From Candidatus Woesebacteria bacterium (GTDB lineage Bacteria > Patescibacteriota > Microgenomatia > UBA1400 > PJMF01): a stretch of 64,000 nt of DNA. The position numbers and the translations under genes are program-made. Shown here piece by piece: positions 18,820 to 28,883 of the stretch; position 1 is the first letter of the stretch, and every line of letters begins with the position of its first letter. The notes under the pieces were generated by a model. It saw nothing but the letters and a program-made list of their open reading frames with translations, searched no databases and was not told where the DNA came from. The DNA lies in NCBI GenBank assembly GCA_050123235.1, contig JASFHL010000007.1, positions 75-64,074 of the forward strand, read 5' to 3'.

Positions 18820-20058
18820 ATGACCAATCTACTACCTCTCATCCTCGCCATCGACACTTCTTGTGATGATACTTCAGTCGCTATTACTCAAGGTCAAGTA
18901 GTCTTGGCCAATGTCATTTCCTCTCAAACTCAGCTACACAAACCTTATGGAGGAGTTTTTCCTACTATAGCTAAGCAAGCTCATAAAGAAAATATTGATG
19001 CAGCTATTAAAATAGCTCTTAAGCGTGCTAGTCTTACAATAGGTAAAATTGATGCTTTTGCGGTAACCATAGGTCCAGGTTTGGCACCAGCTCTGGAAGT
19101 TGGCATTGCTAAAGCAAAAGCTTTAGCCAAATTAGATCAAAAACTTTTAATAGCCATCAACCACACAGAAGGGCATATTTTATCGGTTTTGGCTCAAAGG
19201 AAATCCAGAACTGGCAGGCAAGGTTTGGAGCAAAAAGTCAAAACCACAGCTCGAAAGTCAACAACAGGAGTAAGAAAAACAAATTTATCCCAAGCAAAAA
19301 GCATCCACCCTCTTCCGACAGAAAAATTTCCAGCCCTAGCCATTGTAGTTTCAGGGGGTCACAGTCAATTTATTCTGGTCAAAAATATTGGCGATTATCA
19401 GATTTTAGGTTCCACTATCGATGATGCTGCTGGAGAATGTTTAGACAAAGTAGGCCGAATGCTCAATCTAGGTTATCCTGCTGGGCCAGTAATAGAAGAA
19501 TTTGCCAAAAAAGGCAATGCAAAAAAGTTTGAATTTCCTTTACCAATGACTACTATTAAAAATTTTAATTTAAGTTTTTCTGGTCTTAAAACTTATGCTA
19601 GCAATTTGATTAGGCAATTAGAGGCAGCAGGCAAACTAAACAAACAAGCAATTTATGATATTTCTGCCTCTTTTCAAAGAGCTGTATTTAAACATATTGC
19701 TTATAAATTGGACAAGATTCTTAAAGCAGAAACAAGTCTACTCCAAAGCGAAAAATATTTTCAAGAAATCTGGTTGGGTGGAGGGGTCAGTGCCAATATT
19801 AGTTTAAGAAAAATGATTCGTGAGACAATAAAAAACTATCTTAGTTCTACTGATAAGTCACTTTTAAAATTAGAACAAGATAGAGAAAAATTAATGAGTT
19901 CCCAGAAGCGGAAACTCAGGCTCAAAGTTCCTTTCTCAAAAAAATTATGTAGTGATAATGCTGCTATGATTGGCATAGCTGCTTTTTATAAATATCAACA
20001 AGCTGAATTTGTCGACAAAATAGATCAGTTAGAAAGAAAACCAAGATTCTTAGTTTAG
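18820..20058 (+). CDS. tsaD: tRNA N6-adenosine threonylcarbamoyltransferase TsaD (Kae1/YgjD family) with basic insertion
   Basis: 'ILAIDTSCDDTSVAI' and the metal-binding 'NHTEGH', plus 'VSGGHS' and 'SGGVSAN'. An R/K-rich insert of about 40 aa is absent from canonical TsaD. Confidence 0.8.
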   Translation: MTNLLPLILAIDTSCDDTSVAITQGQVVLANVISSQTQLHKPYGGVFPTIAKQAHKENIDAAIKIALKRASLTIGKIDAFAVTIGPGLAPALEVGIAKAKALAKLDQKLLIAINHTEGHILSVLAQRKSRTGRQGLEQKVKTTARKSTTGVRKTNLSQAKSIHPLPTEKFPALAIVVSGGHSQFILVKNIGDYQILGSTIDDAAGECLDKVGRMLNLGYPAGPVIEEFAKKGNAKKFEFPLPMTTIKNFNLSFSGLKTYASNLIRQLEAAGKLNKQAIYDISASFQRAVFKHIAYKLDKILKAETSLLQSEKYFQEIWLGGGVSANISLRKMIRETIKNYLSSTDKSLLKLEQDREKLMSSQKRKLRLKVPFSKKLCSDNAAMIGIAAFYKYQQAEFVDKIDQLERKPRFLV

Positions 20059-20088
20059 CAGTCGGCTTATTTTATAAATTTGATATAA

Positions 20089-20457
20089 TTGCCCTGCTCT
20101 ATGAAATATAGTAAAAGTAAGCATGATCAATCCTTATTATCTCTTACTCAAGAAGTATCTGCTGATGAGGTTAAATTTGATTTATATATTAAAGCTCGAG
20201 AAATTAAACAGATTAATGAGTATTTAGAAAGGATTATGCTCTTTAGTAAAAAAAGAAAGCAAGCATGGCTTGGTGAAAACGAAGAAATGATTAATCAGCT
20301 TTTGGATTCTATAATGGAAGACTCAATGATGGTCATGGATGGTTTGGAAGTAGATAGTGAATCAATGGAGCTAAGTGTTGAATTAATGATTAACCTCAGA
20401 AATGCAGTCTATACTCTTAGAAATTTAATTTATTCAAAACAGAGGATTAAACATTGA
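20089..20457 (+). CDS. hypothetical protein
   Basis: 122-aa acidic helical ORF whose stop overlaps the start of the CHASE2-cyclase gene. Confidence 0.35.
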   Translation: MPCSMKYSKSKHDQSLLSLTQEVSADEVKFDLYIKAREIKQINEYLERIMLFSKKRKQAWLGENEEMINQLLDSIMEDSMMVMDGLEVDSESMELSVELMINLRNAVYTLRNLIYSKQRIKH

Positions 20458-22073
20458 CAATGTCTCGTTATGGTCATTTAAAAATCATTTTCTATTTGCT
20501 AACTACTTTTTTTGTATTTGTTATTTTGCTTCTTTTTTTTCAACCTTTTTATAATTTAAATAATAAAATTAATGATTTATTTTATAGCTCTACAAATCAG
20601 AAATCAGAAATTGTAATTGTAGCTATCGATGATTTATCCTTGCAAACAGTACAAGCTTGGCCATGGTCAGCTGAAAAGCAAGCTGAGTTAATTAATATTA
20701 TCAAAGAGCAGCATCCCAAATTGATTGCCTATGCAGCAAGCTATCCTAGCCCAGATGTAGAAGAACAAGTAGTTTTAAGTAAATTGAATGAAATTGATAA
20801 TCTAGTGATGAGCAAGGTAAATAATTTTTATTTAGGACCAAAGGGTCATCTAGATTTAGAAAAATCCTCAGATGGAAAAGTAAGACAGATTTTAACTGAA
20901 AAAAACCTATTTCCTTCATTTTCACTTGTCAGTGCCGAAGTTTTGAACTATACCATGACTGAAACACATTTAAATATCAATTATCGATTTAAAACTGGCA
21001 GCCTATTACAATTATCTGCTCAAGATATTTTTTCAGGCAGGAATTTAATTAAACTTAAAGATAAAATTGTTTTGATTGATTTAGTGAATGCTGATTCCAG
21101 TATGGATGTAGAAACGCCTTTAGGTTTAATGAAGCCAATTGAGGTTCAGGCAAATGCAATTGATACAGTTTTGAGTTTGAGAGCCTTACGCAAATTACCA
21201 AAAAGTCAAGAAACAATTATTGCTCTTTTTTTAGCAATTTTACCTCTTTTTCTTGCTAAATTTATTCGCATTAAACAATGGCTTGGTTCAGCAATTTTCC
21301 TTTTATTAGGGATTGTTTTAATTGCTTTCCTAGCTTTTAGATTCTTTTATATTATTACACCTGTTTTTTATTGGTTACTGCTAATTTTATTTGGAGTTTT
21401 ATTAGCTATTTTTATTAAGTGGAAATTAAAAAATCTAACTCAAGTTCTTCTGAAAAAAATTTTTGGCAACACTGTTTCTCCAGAAGTGCTAAGCACTTTG
21501 TTAAAGAATCCAGAAAAAGTATCTTTGCAAGGTGAGAAACTTGAGTTAACTGTTTTGTTTGTAAGAATCAAAAATTTCAGTGATTTTGTAGAAAAAAATG
21601 ATGCTAAAACAACAGTGTCTAAATTAAAGAATTTTTTAGAAACTTGCACAGACATTGTTATTAGTCACCAAGGTACAATTGATAAATACTCAAGAAATAC
21701 AATAATAGCTTTTTGGGGAGCGCCACTATCAGATAAGCAACAGGCTAGTAAGGCTTGTGTGACTGCTTTAGAGATTCAAGATCGTATTGGGGAAGAAAGT
21801 CAACTTGAGCTAAGTATTGGCATCAGCTATGGGCTAGCAACTGTTGCTAGTTTGGAACTTGAAGGTTTAGATTATTCAGCCATTGGTGAAACAGTGGATC
21901 AAGCAATTATGCTTGAATCTGCTACTCAGGAACTAAAACAGACAATGCTTGTTTCTGAAAGCGTAGTTAAGAAGAACAAAGAAGAAAATAGTGATTTTAG
22001 ATTTACAAAACTTAAGGCAATTAAAGTGGAAGGAAGTAGAAAGTCTGTTAAAGCTTATGGATTAGAGGGATAG
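20454..22073 (+). CDS. CHASE2 sensor domain - class III nucleotidyl cyclase (degenerate motifs)
   Basis: N-terminal TM, then the CHASE2 signature 'VIVAIDDLSLQ...WPWS', then three TM helices. C-terminal cyclase-like 'LTVLFVRIKNFSDF...IAFWGAPL'. Confidence 0.55.
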   Translation: MTMSRYGHLKIIFYLLTTFFVFVILLLFFQPFYNLNNKINDLFYSSTNQKSEIVIVAIDDLSLQTVQAWPWSAEKQAELINIIKEQHPKLIAYAASYPSPDVEEQVVLSKLNEIDNLVMSKVNNFYLGPKGHLDLEKSSDGKVRQILTEKNLFPSFSLVSAEVLNYTMTETHLNINYRFKTGSLLQLSAQDIFSGRNLIKLKDKIVLIDLVNADSSMDVETPLGLMKPIEVQANAIDTVLSLRALRKLPKSQETIIALFLAILPLFLAKFIRIKQWLGSAIFLLLGIVLIAFLAFRFFYIITPVFYWLLLILFGVLLAIFIKWKLKNLTQVLLKKIFGNTVSPEVLSTLLKNPEKVSLQGEKLELTVLFVRIKNFSDFVEKNDAKTTVSKLKNFLETCTDIVISHQGTIDKYSRNTIIAFWGAPLSDKQQASKACVTALEIQDRIGEESQLELSIGISYGLATVASLELEGLDYSAIGETVDQAIMLESATQELKQTMLVSESVVKKNKEENSDFRFTKLKAIKVEGSRKSVKAYGLEG

Positions 22074-22109
22074 TTGATGGGTTTTTTTGAGAAAATATGA
22101 TTACATAAT

Positions 22110-22263
22110 CTTAATATTTAATTAATTTGAGAGTCGTTCGCGGCAGCATTTCGTTTATTTTTAAGATGCAAGGCTCACTGGTGAAGCTCGGCAGTAAATT
22201 GATTACTTGATCAAGACCGAACCAGACCTCGCTTCAACACTCTCAAATTAATTAAATATTAAG
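22110..22263 (-). repeat. family-A repeat, copy A3 (154 bp, 24-bp perfect TIRs CTTAATATTTAATTAATTTGAGAG)
   Basis: Perfect inverted repeat at 22110-22133 and 22240-22263. The conserved core and the GCGAACGACTC module lie between them. Confidence 0.75.
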
Positions 22264-22325
22264 ATTATTTGATCGACTCTTTCAAAATAAAACCCATCTA
22301 ACATCCTTATAACCGCAATCCGTGG

Positions 22326-22363
22326 TTGACAGATTTTTAGCAGTCTTTTAAGATATCTGCTAG
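22326..22363 (+). promoter_or_regulatory. sigma70-like promoter (TTGACA-N17-TAAGAT) overlapped by a CIRCE-like HrcA operator
   Basis: TTGACA at 22326-22331. TTAGCAGTC-TTTTAAGAT-ATCTGCTAG at 22337-22363. Located upstream of groES. Confidence 0.6.
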
Positions 22364-22415
22364 TAATTAACTATTTTAACTGCCAATTTTTAAAATCAAA
22401 TAGAAAGGATTATTT

Positions 22416-22724
22416 ATGTCAGCTCAAATCAAAGTTTCTCAACTCAAACCCCTGTCAGGGTATATTTTAGTAGAACCAGCTAAATCAGAAACTAAAACCG
22501 CTGCTGGGATTTATTTACCAGAAAATGATAGTGACAAACCCCAACATGGTAAAGTTTTAGCTTGTGGTGCTTCAGTTTGGGAAAGTGGAGTCAAAGAAAT
22601 CAAATGCCCTGTTAAAAAAGGCGATCAGGTGATCTACAAAAAATGGGGTGGTAATGATGTCAAAATTGATGATGTAGAATATCAATTTTTAAAATTTGAC
22701 GATGTCTTAGCAGTTATTAAATAA
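22416..22724 (+). CDS. groES: co-chaperonin GroES
   Basis: 'LKPLSGYILVEP...GKVLACG' with about 100 aa, immediately upstream of groEL. Confidence 0.9.
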   Translation: MSAQIKVSQLKPLSGYILVEPAKSETKTAAGIYLPENDSDKPQHGKVLACGASVWESGVKEIKCPVKKGDQVIYKKWGGNDVKIDDVEYQFLKFDDVLAVIK

Positions 22725-24389
<1,665 letters not shown>

Positions 24390-24423
24390 GTTTAGCCAAA
24401 AATTTAGAATAATATTTGGAAAA

Positions 24424-24453
24424 AAGGGCGAGTGTTTTTACTCGCTCTTTTTA
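24424..24453 (+). terminator. Rho-independent terminator after groEL
   Basis: GGGCGAGTG-ttttt-ACTCGCTC followed by a T-run. Confidence 0.65.
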
Positions 24454-24496
24454 GTTTTGACTTGATTTATTGAGTTAGTCTTGTCATAGTTAATTT

Positions 24497-25054
24497 ATGT
24501 CTTTACAAAAAAAATTTACCAGTATTTTTCCATTTTCTAAATTTTTTGGAAATGAAATTGGGCCTTCAAACGATGAAGAGAATTTGGAAGAAAATTTATT
24601 TTGGGTAAATGCCGCTTTAAACAAGATTAATTATGAATTAACTCAGGCTGGTCTAGAAAGTTACCACGTCTTAGGAACTAAAGAAAATCAAGGTGAACCA
24701 GTAATTCTTACTAATAATTCTCCAAAAGCAGCTTACAATCTTTTATATGAATTGATTTTGTCTGAGCTTGACAAAATTAGTAATCACTATGTAGCTACTA
24801 TTAATCAGGACAAGGCTGTTACTATTTGGCATTTAAATCCAACTGGGGCGTATAAATCTTATTTAGCTTTAGTCAAGGTCAATATTAGGGTTTATGCAAG
24901 ATATTCACCCAGTTTTTCTCAGGAGCCTAGAATTTTTTTAAATTTTAATCCTCCTAATAGATTGAATATCAAAAAAATTCAAGCAATTATGTCACCAGAA
25001 GAATATAGGAGGATTTTTGTTTTACAGGAGTTGCAGCGTGAAGTTGGAGAATAA
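24497..25054 (+). CDS. hypothetical protein
   Basis: 185-aa ORF with no recognisable domain. Confidence 0.4.
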   Translation: MSLQKKFTSIFPFSKFFGNEIGPSNDEENLEENLFWVNAALNKINYELTQAGLESYHVLGTKENQGEPVILTNNSPKAAYNLLYELILSELDKISNHYVATINQDKAVTIWHLNPTGAYKSYLALVKVNIRVYARYSPSFSQEPRIFLNFNPPNRLNIKKIQAIMSPEEYRRIFVLQELQREVGE

Positions 25055-25141
25055 ACAATAAATGTAAGTCTTTAGAGCGCGAAGCTTCACTTCTTAGATT
25101 AGTGGAACTTTACTAGGATTGTTTTAAAATGTAGCAGAGGT

Positions 25142-25215
25142 GGGATTTGAACCCACGACCTTCGGTTTATGAATCCGATGCTCTAACCAACTGAGCTACC
25201 CTGCCAAGTAAAACG
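25142..25215 (-). tRNA. tRNA with CAU anticodon (Met elongator or Ile2-lysidine type)
   Basis: Reverse complement reads GGCAGGGTAGCTCAGTTGGTTAGAGCA-TCGGA-TTCATAA-ACCGA-AGGTC-GTGGGTTCAAATCCCAC-CTCTGC. D and T arms are canonical and the anticodon loop is TT-CAT-AA. G1:C72 means it is not an initiator. CCA is not encoded. Confidence 0.8.
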
Positions 25216-25357
25216 AGTTAGAATTTTTATAAGTCGCTTATTAGCTTAACTGCAAACATGCAGATCGCTTAGATTAAATTCAACGTCCTTGATTATATCA
25301 GACTACTTGGGGTATAATAAACCCCTCTTTATATCTCTTTAGGAAAATATAAAAGAC

Positions 25358-25425
25358 GCGCGGGATAGTGTACGGTGCACGTGAGGCTCATAATCTTACA
25401 GGCTAGGTTCGACTCCTAGTCCCGC
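25358..25425 (+). other. tRNA-like sequence with CAU anticodon loop (possible second tRNA, or an att-site tRNA remnant)
   Basis: CGCGGGA...TCCCGCA acceptor with a C1:A72 mismatch. T arm CTAGG-TTCGACT-CCTAG. Anticodon arm TGAGG-CTCATAA-TCTTA. The D loop is short (5 nt). It abuts or overlaps the 3' end of the serine recombinase gene. Confidence 0.35.
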
Positions 25426-27176
25426 AACAATGAGGGAATGAGAGGTTGTAGATAGGTTAATTTGTCCTCTACATCCATCAATTTTCCAGGTTCGACCGAA
25501 ATACCTAAGTCTTTTGCTTCTTGCTTGCATTTTTCTATCATCCAAAATGGGTTATCCCGATTTATCAACACTTTTTTATTATGTAGCTTTAGGTTCGACC
25601 CAAGCATCTGAAGTATTTGAGTCTTAGTTTTAACATCACCTTGAGCAAACCAATAACGGGCATAGCAGGCAAACTCGAAAGTTTTTTTTGATATTTCAAT
25701 CCAATCATATTGCCTTTGGTCCGTTGTTTGCATATCATTTTTTACTGTCTCAATTTCTTTTTTAAGTTTACTGAGTTCTGCCTCATAAGCTTCTTTCTCT
25801 TCTTCACTGGATTCTTCATATAGATCAGTAAAGCGGTGCTTTGTCATCCTTCTAAGCCTGGATTTGAGCTTCTCGTAGTTGGTAGTATTTCGTTTAGTAG
25901 CATCCTGGTCCTGGTCCACTTCTTTGTCATTTAATTCACTTATGTGATTAATAGCCCAATCTTTGAAGTCAGGATCAATCTCGAATTTTTTTAACTCATT
26001 GTCAATTTGTTCTTCAAGCTTTCCTATTTCTAAATATCCTTGAGAACAATTTTTATTGACCTTTTTGGTGCAGTGATAGTAGATGTAATGGAGAATAGTG
26101 GGGTTTTTCATCAATTCTATTTTCAAACCACACTTAATACACCTATCTCTTTTCCTTGTTTTAGCAAATTTTTTGCTACATTTTGGACAAATTATTTGCC
26201 ATTTTTCCTCAGCAGTGATAAAACCACCACATTCACCACAAGTCATAATCCCTTTATAGGGAAAATCATATTTTTTTTGTATCGAGCGGCTTTTTTTACC
26301 TAGTCTAATCTGGATAATATCCCATTCATCTTTAGTAAACATTTTTGGGTATTTATGTTCACTTTCTTGGGTTACGCCTTCGATCTTTCTACTCATAACT
26401 CCATAATAAAAAGGGTCAGATAAAAGTCTGTAATAAGTTGATCTTGAAAGCGGTCCATCTCCTTGTTTTCTTTGAGGTAGGGTCCTGTATCCCATATCAT
26501 TATTGAGCCAGTTTAAACTTTCTAAAACGGTCATTTCACCGCTAATTATTTTTTTTCCAGCCTGTTGTAGCAAAGAAAATCTTTTTTGATCTACTTTAAC
26601 ATCGCGTTTTTTGGTAAAAGGATGAGTAAAATTAATAAATCCTTGCTTAGCTGGACCACCCCATTCTTTATTCTCAAAAAATTTATACTTATTTCCACTA
26701 TGAACATGGTCCGAAAGCTTAGTTGATTCATACTGTGATTGACTCAAGGCAAACTGGAGCAGCAAAATACCTTCGGCACTGTTATCAAATGTATAAGTGG
26801 CAAACTTAATATCTAGAATCTTTTTATCTGCTATGAGTTGCACGATTTTTCCTGCCTCAGTGGGGTTCCTTGAGAGTCTATTAGGGTGAAATACAATTAA
26901 GCCTGTTACTTTGCCTGCCTCAATTAAGTTAATCAATTTATTAAACTCGGGACGGTTGTCTGGTTTATAAGCACTTTTGCTTTCTGATAGATGATAACTT
27001 CTCTTATATTCTTTTTTTGGGAAACGTTTTGCTAGTTCTTGTCTCTGGCGAGGTATTGAGACATTCTGCTTATTAGATTTTTCATCTGATGAACGCCTGC
27101 TATATTCTGCCCAGATAATTTTATTTGGTGTGATGTTTATTCTTGGCATATAAAAACCCTCTCTGGGTGGACTCAA
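25416..27176 (-). CDS. large serine recombinase (phage-integrase type)
   Basis: N-terminal resolvase catalytic motif 'AEYSRRSSDEKSNKQ' (nucleophile Ser). Followed by a recombinase domain and a zinc ribbon 'CGECGG...CPKCSKKF', then a coiled-coil C-terminus. Confidence 0.8.
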   Translation of the reverse strand: MSPPREGFYMPRINITPNKIIWAEYSRRSSDEKSNKQNVSIPRQRQELAKRFPKKEYKRSYHLSESKSAYKPDNRPEFNKLINLIEAGKVTGLIVFHPNRLSRNPTEAGKIVQLIADKKILDIKFATYTFDNSAEGILLLQFALSQSQYESTKLSDHVHSGNKYKFFENKEWGGPAKQGFINFTHPFTKKRDVKVDQKRFSLLQQAGKKIISGEMTVLESLNWLNNDMGYRTLPQRKQGDGPLSRSTYYRLLSDPFYYGVMSRKIEGVTQESEHKYPKMFTKDEWDIIQIRLGKKSRSIQKKYDFPYKGIMTCGECGGFITAEEKWQIICPKCSKKFAKTRKRDRCIKCGLKIELMKNPTILHYIYYHCTKKVNKNCSQGYLEIGKLEEQIDNELKKFEIDPDFKDWAINHISELNDKEVDQDQDATKRNTTNYEKLKSRLRRMTKHRFTDLYEESSEEEKEAYEAELSKLKKEIETVKNDMQTTDQRQYDWIEISKKTFEFACYARYWFAQGDVKTKTQILQMLGSNLKLHNKKVLINRDNPFWMIEKCKQEAKDLGISVEPGKLMDVEDKLTYLQPLIPSLLRD

Positions 27177-27250
27177 ATCAAACTAATGACTTGTCCCAAA
27201 GAGGGTATTTATAGTCACTAGTTTAAGATTGAGTCCATAATCATTTTATA

Positions 27251-27439
27251 CTAATTTTCATTACTAAGTTGATTTAAAATATCTTGGTCCTCAATTGGGA
27301 TTGGTTTATAAATTAGAGCGAATCGCTTTAATTCCTTTAAAGCCATAACTTGAGCTTCTTCATAATCAAGCCATACACCGCATTTCTTTTGGTAAAGTTT
27401 TTGAAAGCTGGTGATGGCTTCGTGGCTTAGTTGCATCAC
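27251..27439 (-). CDS. hypothetical small protein
   Basis: 62-aa ORF in the same orientation as the recombinase block. Confidence 0.3.
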   Translation of the reverse strand: MMQLSHEAITSFQKLYQKKCGVWLDYEEAQVMALKELKRFALIYKPIPIEDQDILNQLSNEN

Positions 27440-28092
27440 AGAATAGTCCTTTCATCTGCTGTAATGTGTTCATCAAGCCATTTCATGTCTTCTGGTGGTA
27501 AATACTGGAAACCTTCTTCCTTATGAATGCGTTGGTAATCAGCCATAGTTCTTTGGTTTCCAACGGGGAGTGTGGTAACCACAGGGCTATTAACTTTAGA
27601 GTTAACCTTAGAGGAATTTAGAGTTCTAGGAGAATCAATCTCGAGGCAATTACGAACGGTTTGTTCAAAAGATTGAACTTTTGCTTCAGTTATTTGAAAA
27701 TTAGGTGCAATATTTTGAATAATTTGTTCAAACGATTGATTTAGTTCTTTTTGCTGAAATTGACTAGCTTGACCACCCCATTTTTTAGTTGTGGCTATAT
27801 ATCTTTCAGCATTGAAAATCTCATAAGTCTGTGGTTCTTGTGTAGGAATTAAAATACCTAAGGTTGTTAACTTAGTTATTTTTGTCCTAATTGAATTTGT
27901 GGAGCTATACCCTAAACAGGAGGCAAACTGTTTAAAATCTATTTTTACCTTTTTATATTGGCTATTTCTTGAATCAAACCCCATTTGATCAAGGCATAAC
28001 TCAAAAATAATAAATTCCTCTCTAGTTAAAATTTCGTGTTTTACCAGGAGAAAGCGGTTGCGATGAGAGGGGCGATAAGCATTGAAATTCAT
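27436..28092 (-). CDS. hypothetical protein with N-terminal winged-helix-like region (element replication/regulation candidate)
   Basis: 218 aa. No catalytic motif. Overlapping stop/start couplings with its neighbours suggest an operon. Confidence 0.35.
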   Translation of the reverse strand: MNFNAYRPSHRNRFLLVKHEILTREEFIIFELCLDQMGFDSRNSQYKKVKIDFKQFASCLGYSSTNSIRTKITKLTTLGILIPTQEPQTYEIFNAERYIATTKKWGGQASQFQQKELNQSFEQIIQNIAPNFQITEAKVQSFEQTVRNCLEIDSPRTLNSSKVNSKVNSPVVTTLPVGNQRTMADYQRIHKEEGFQYLPPEDMKWLDEHITADERTIL

Positions 28093-28358
28093 TACACCCC
28101 TTCATTAAATGCCTCCCAGGCAATCATGAAGTCAGTTAAGGTTCTATAATTACCTTCATTAATTGCTTGAACTGTTTCACCAAAATTAGTTAAAATTTTT
28201 CCATAATTGATTTTTAGGTAAAAAAAATCGACTTCTGAGATTTTTGCTTGCTTAACTTTATAAAGAATTCGTCTTCTTTTTTTGGAAAAGTAGTGCTTAA
28301 CCCTTCCATCTTTAAAAAAGATTTTTAGTTGATATCTCTTGGGTTTTTGAATTTTCAT
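28092..28358 (-). CDS. hypothetical small basic protein
   Basis: 88 aa, basic, first gene of the leftward block. Confidence 0.3.
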   Translation of the reverse strand: MKIQKPKRYQLKIFFKDGRVKHYFSKKRRRILYKVKQAKISEVDFFYLKINYGKILTNFGETVQAINEGNYRTLTDFMIAWEAFNEGV

Positions 28359-28383
28359 AAAAAAACTCCTTAGTAACTCCAGG

Positions 28384-28465
28384 TACGGAGTGTGACCTAG
28401 AGTTGCTAAAGAGTTTTTATCACTCCGTTTTTAGGCAAAAAAAAACCACGCAAAAAATTGCGTGG
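28384..28465. terminator. divergent-block hairpins
   Basis: CGGAGTG...CACTCCG+TTTTT on the plus strand. On the minus strand, a 9-nt A-run followed by CCACGCA-aaaaat-TGCGTGG gives a hairpin with a downstream T-run. Confidence 0.4.
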
Positions 28466-28482
28466 ATGTATTTTTATCCTAG

Positions 28483-28830
28483 TTGAAAGCGATTATAACA
28501 TATAGTTTTTTTTACAAAAGTAGTATATTCTCTTTAGAGAAAGATAGTTTAGCTATGTATAACAAACCAATGTCCCGTCAAGCTCTTTATTCCAAGGTTA
28601 GTAGTTATACTCCAGAAATCATTGATCGTCTTTTAGAGCTGAGTCGATCTTCCAATGAGAATGTTGCATTAGGAGCTTGCAAAACTTTACTTAGCAAATC
28701 AATTCCAGACTTAAAGGCTTTAAATGCAGCTGGTTTTGAAAATTATCAGCATGTGCGGAATGTTATCTATTTGCCTATAGAAAAAAAATGTTTGATCAAT
28801 AATGGGACGACTAACTTACCAGACTCATAG
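28483..28830 (+). CDS. hypothetical protein
   Basis: 115 aa. A more likely start is the internal Met 'MYNKPMSRQ'. Confidence 0.3.
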   Translation: MKAIITYSFFYKSSIFSLEKDSLAMYNKPMSRQALYSKVSSYTPEIIDRLLELSRSSNENVALGACKTLLSKSIPDLKALNAAGFENYQHVRNVIYLPIEKKCLINNGTTNLPDS

Positions 28831-28883
28831 AGGGGGGAGTGGTATAATGTATAATAGATTAAGTAAAATTAATCTTTGGACTT

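Noticed and set aside
25060-25125. Additional family-A-like fragment upstream of the tRNA (GCGAAGCTTCAC...TGTAGCAG)
   Set aside because: It contains only short partial matches to the A core in a different order. Not enough to call a copy.
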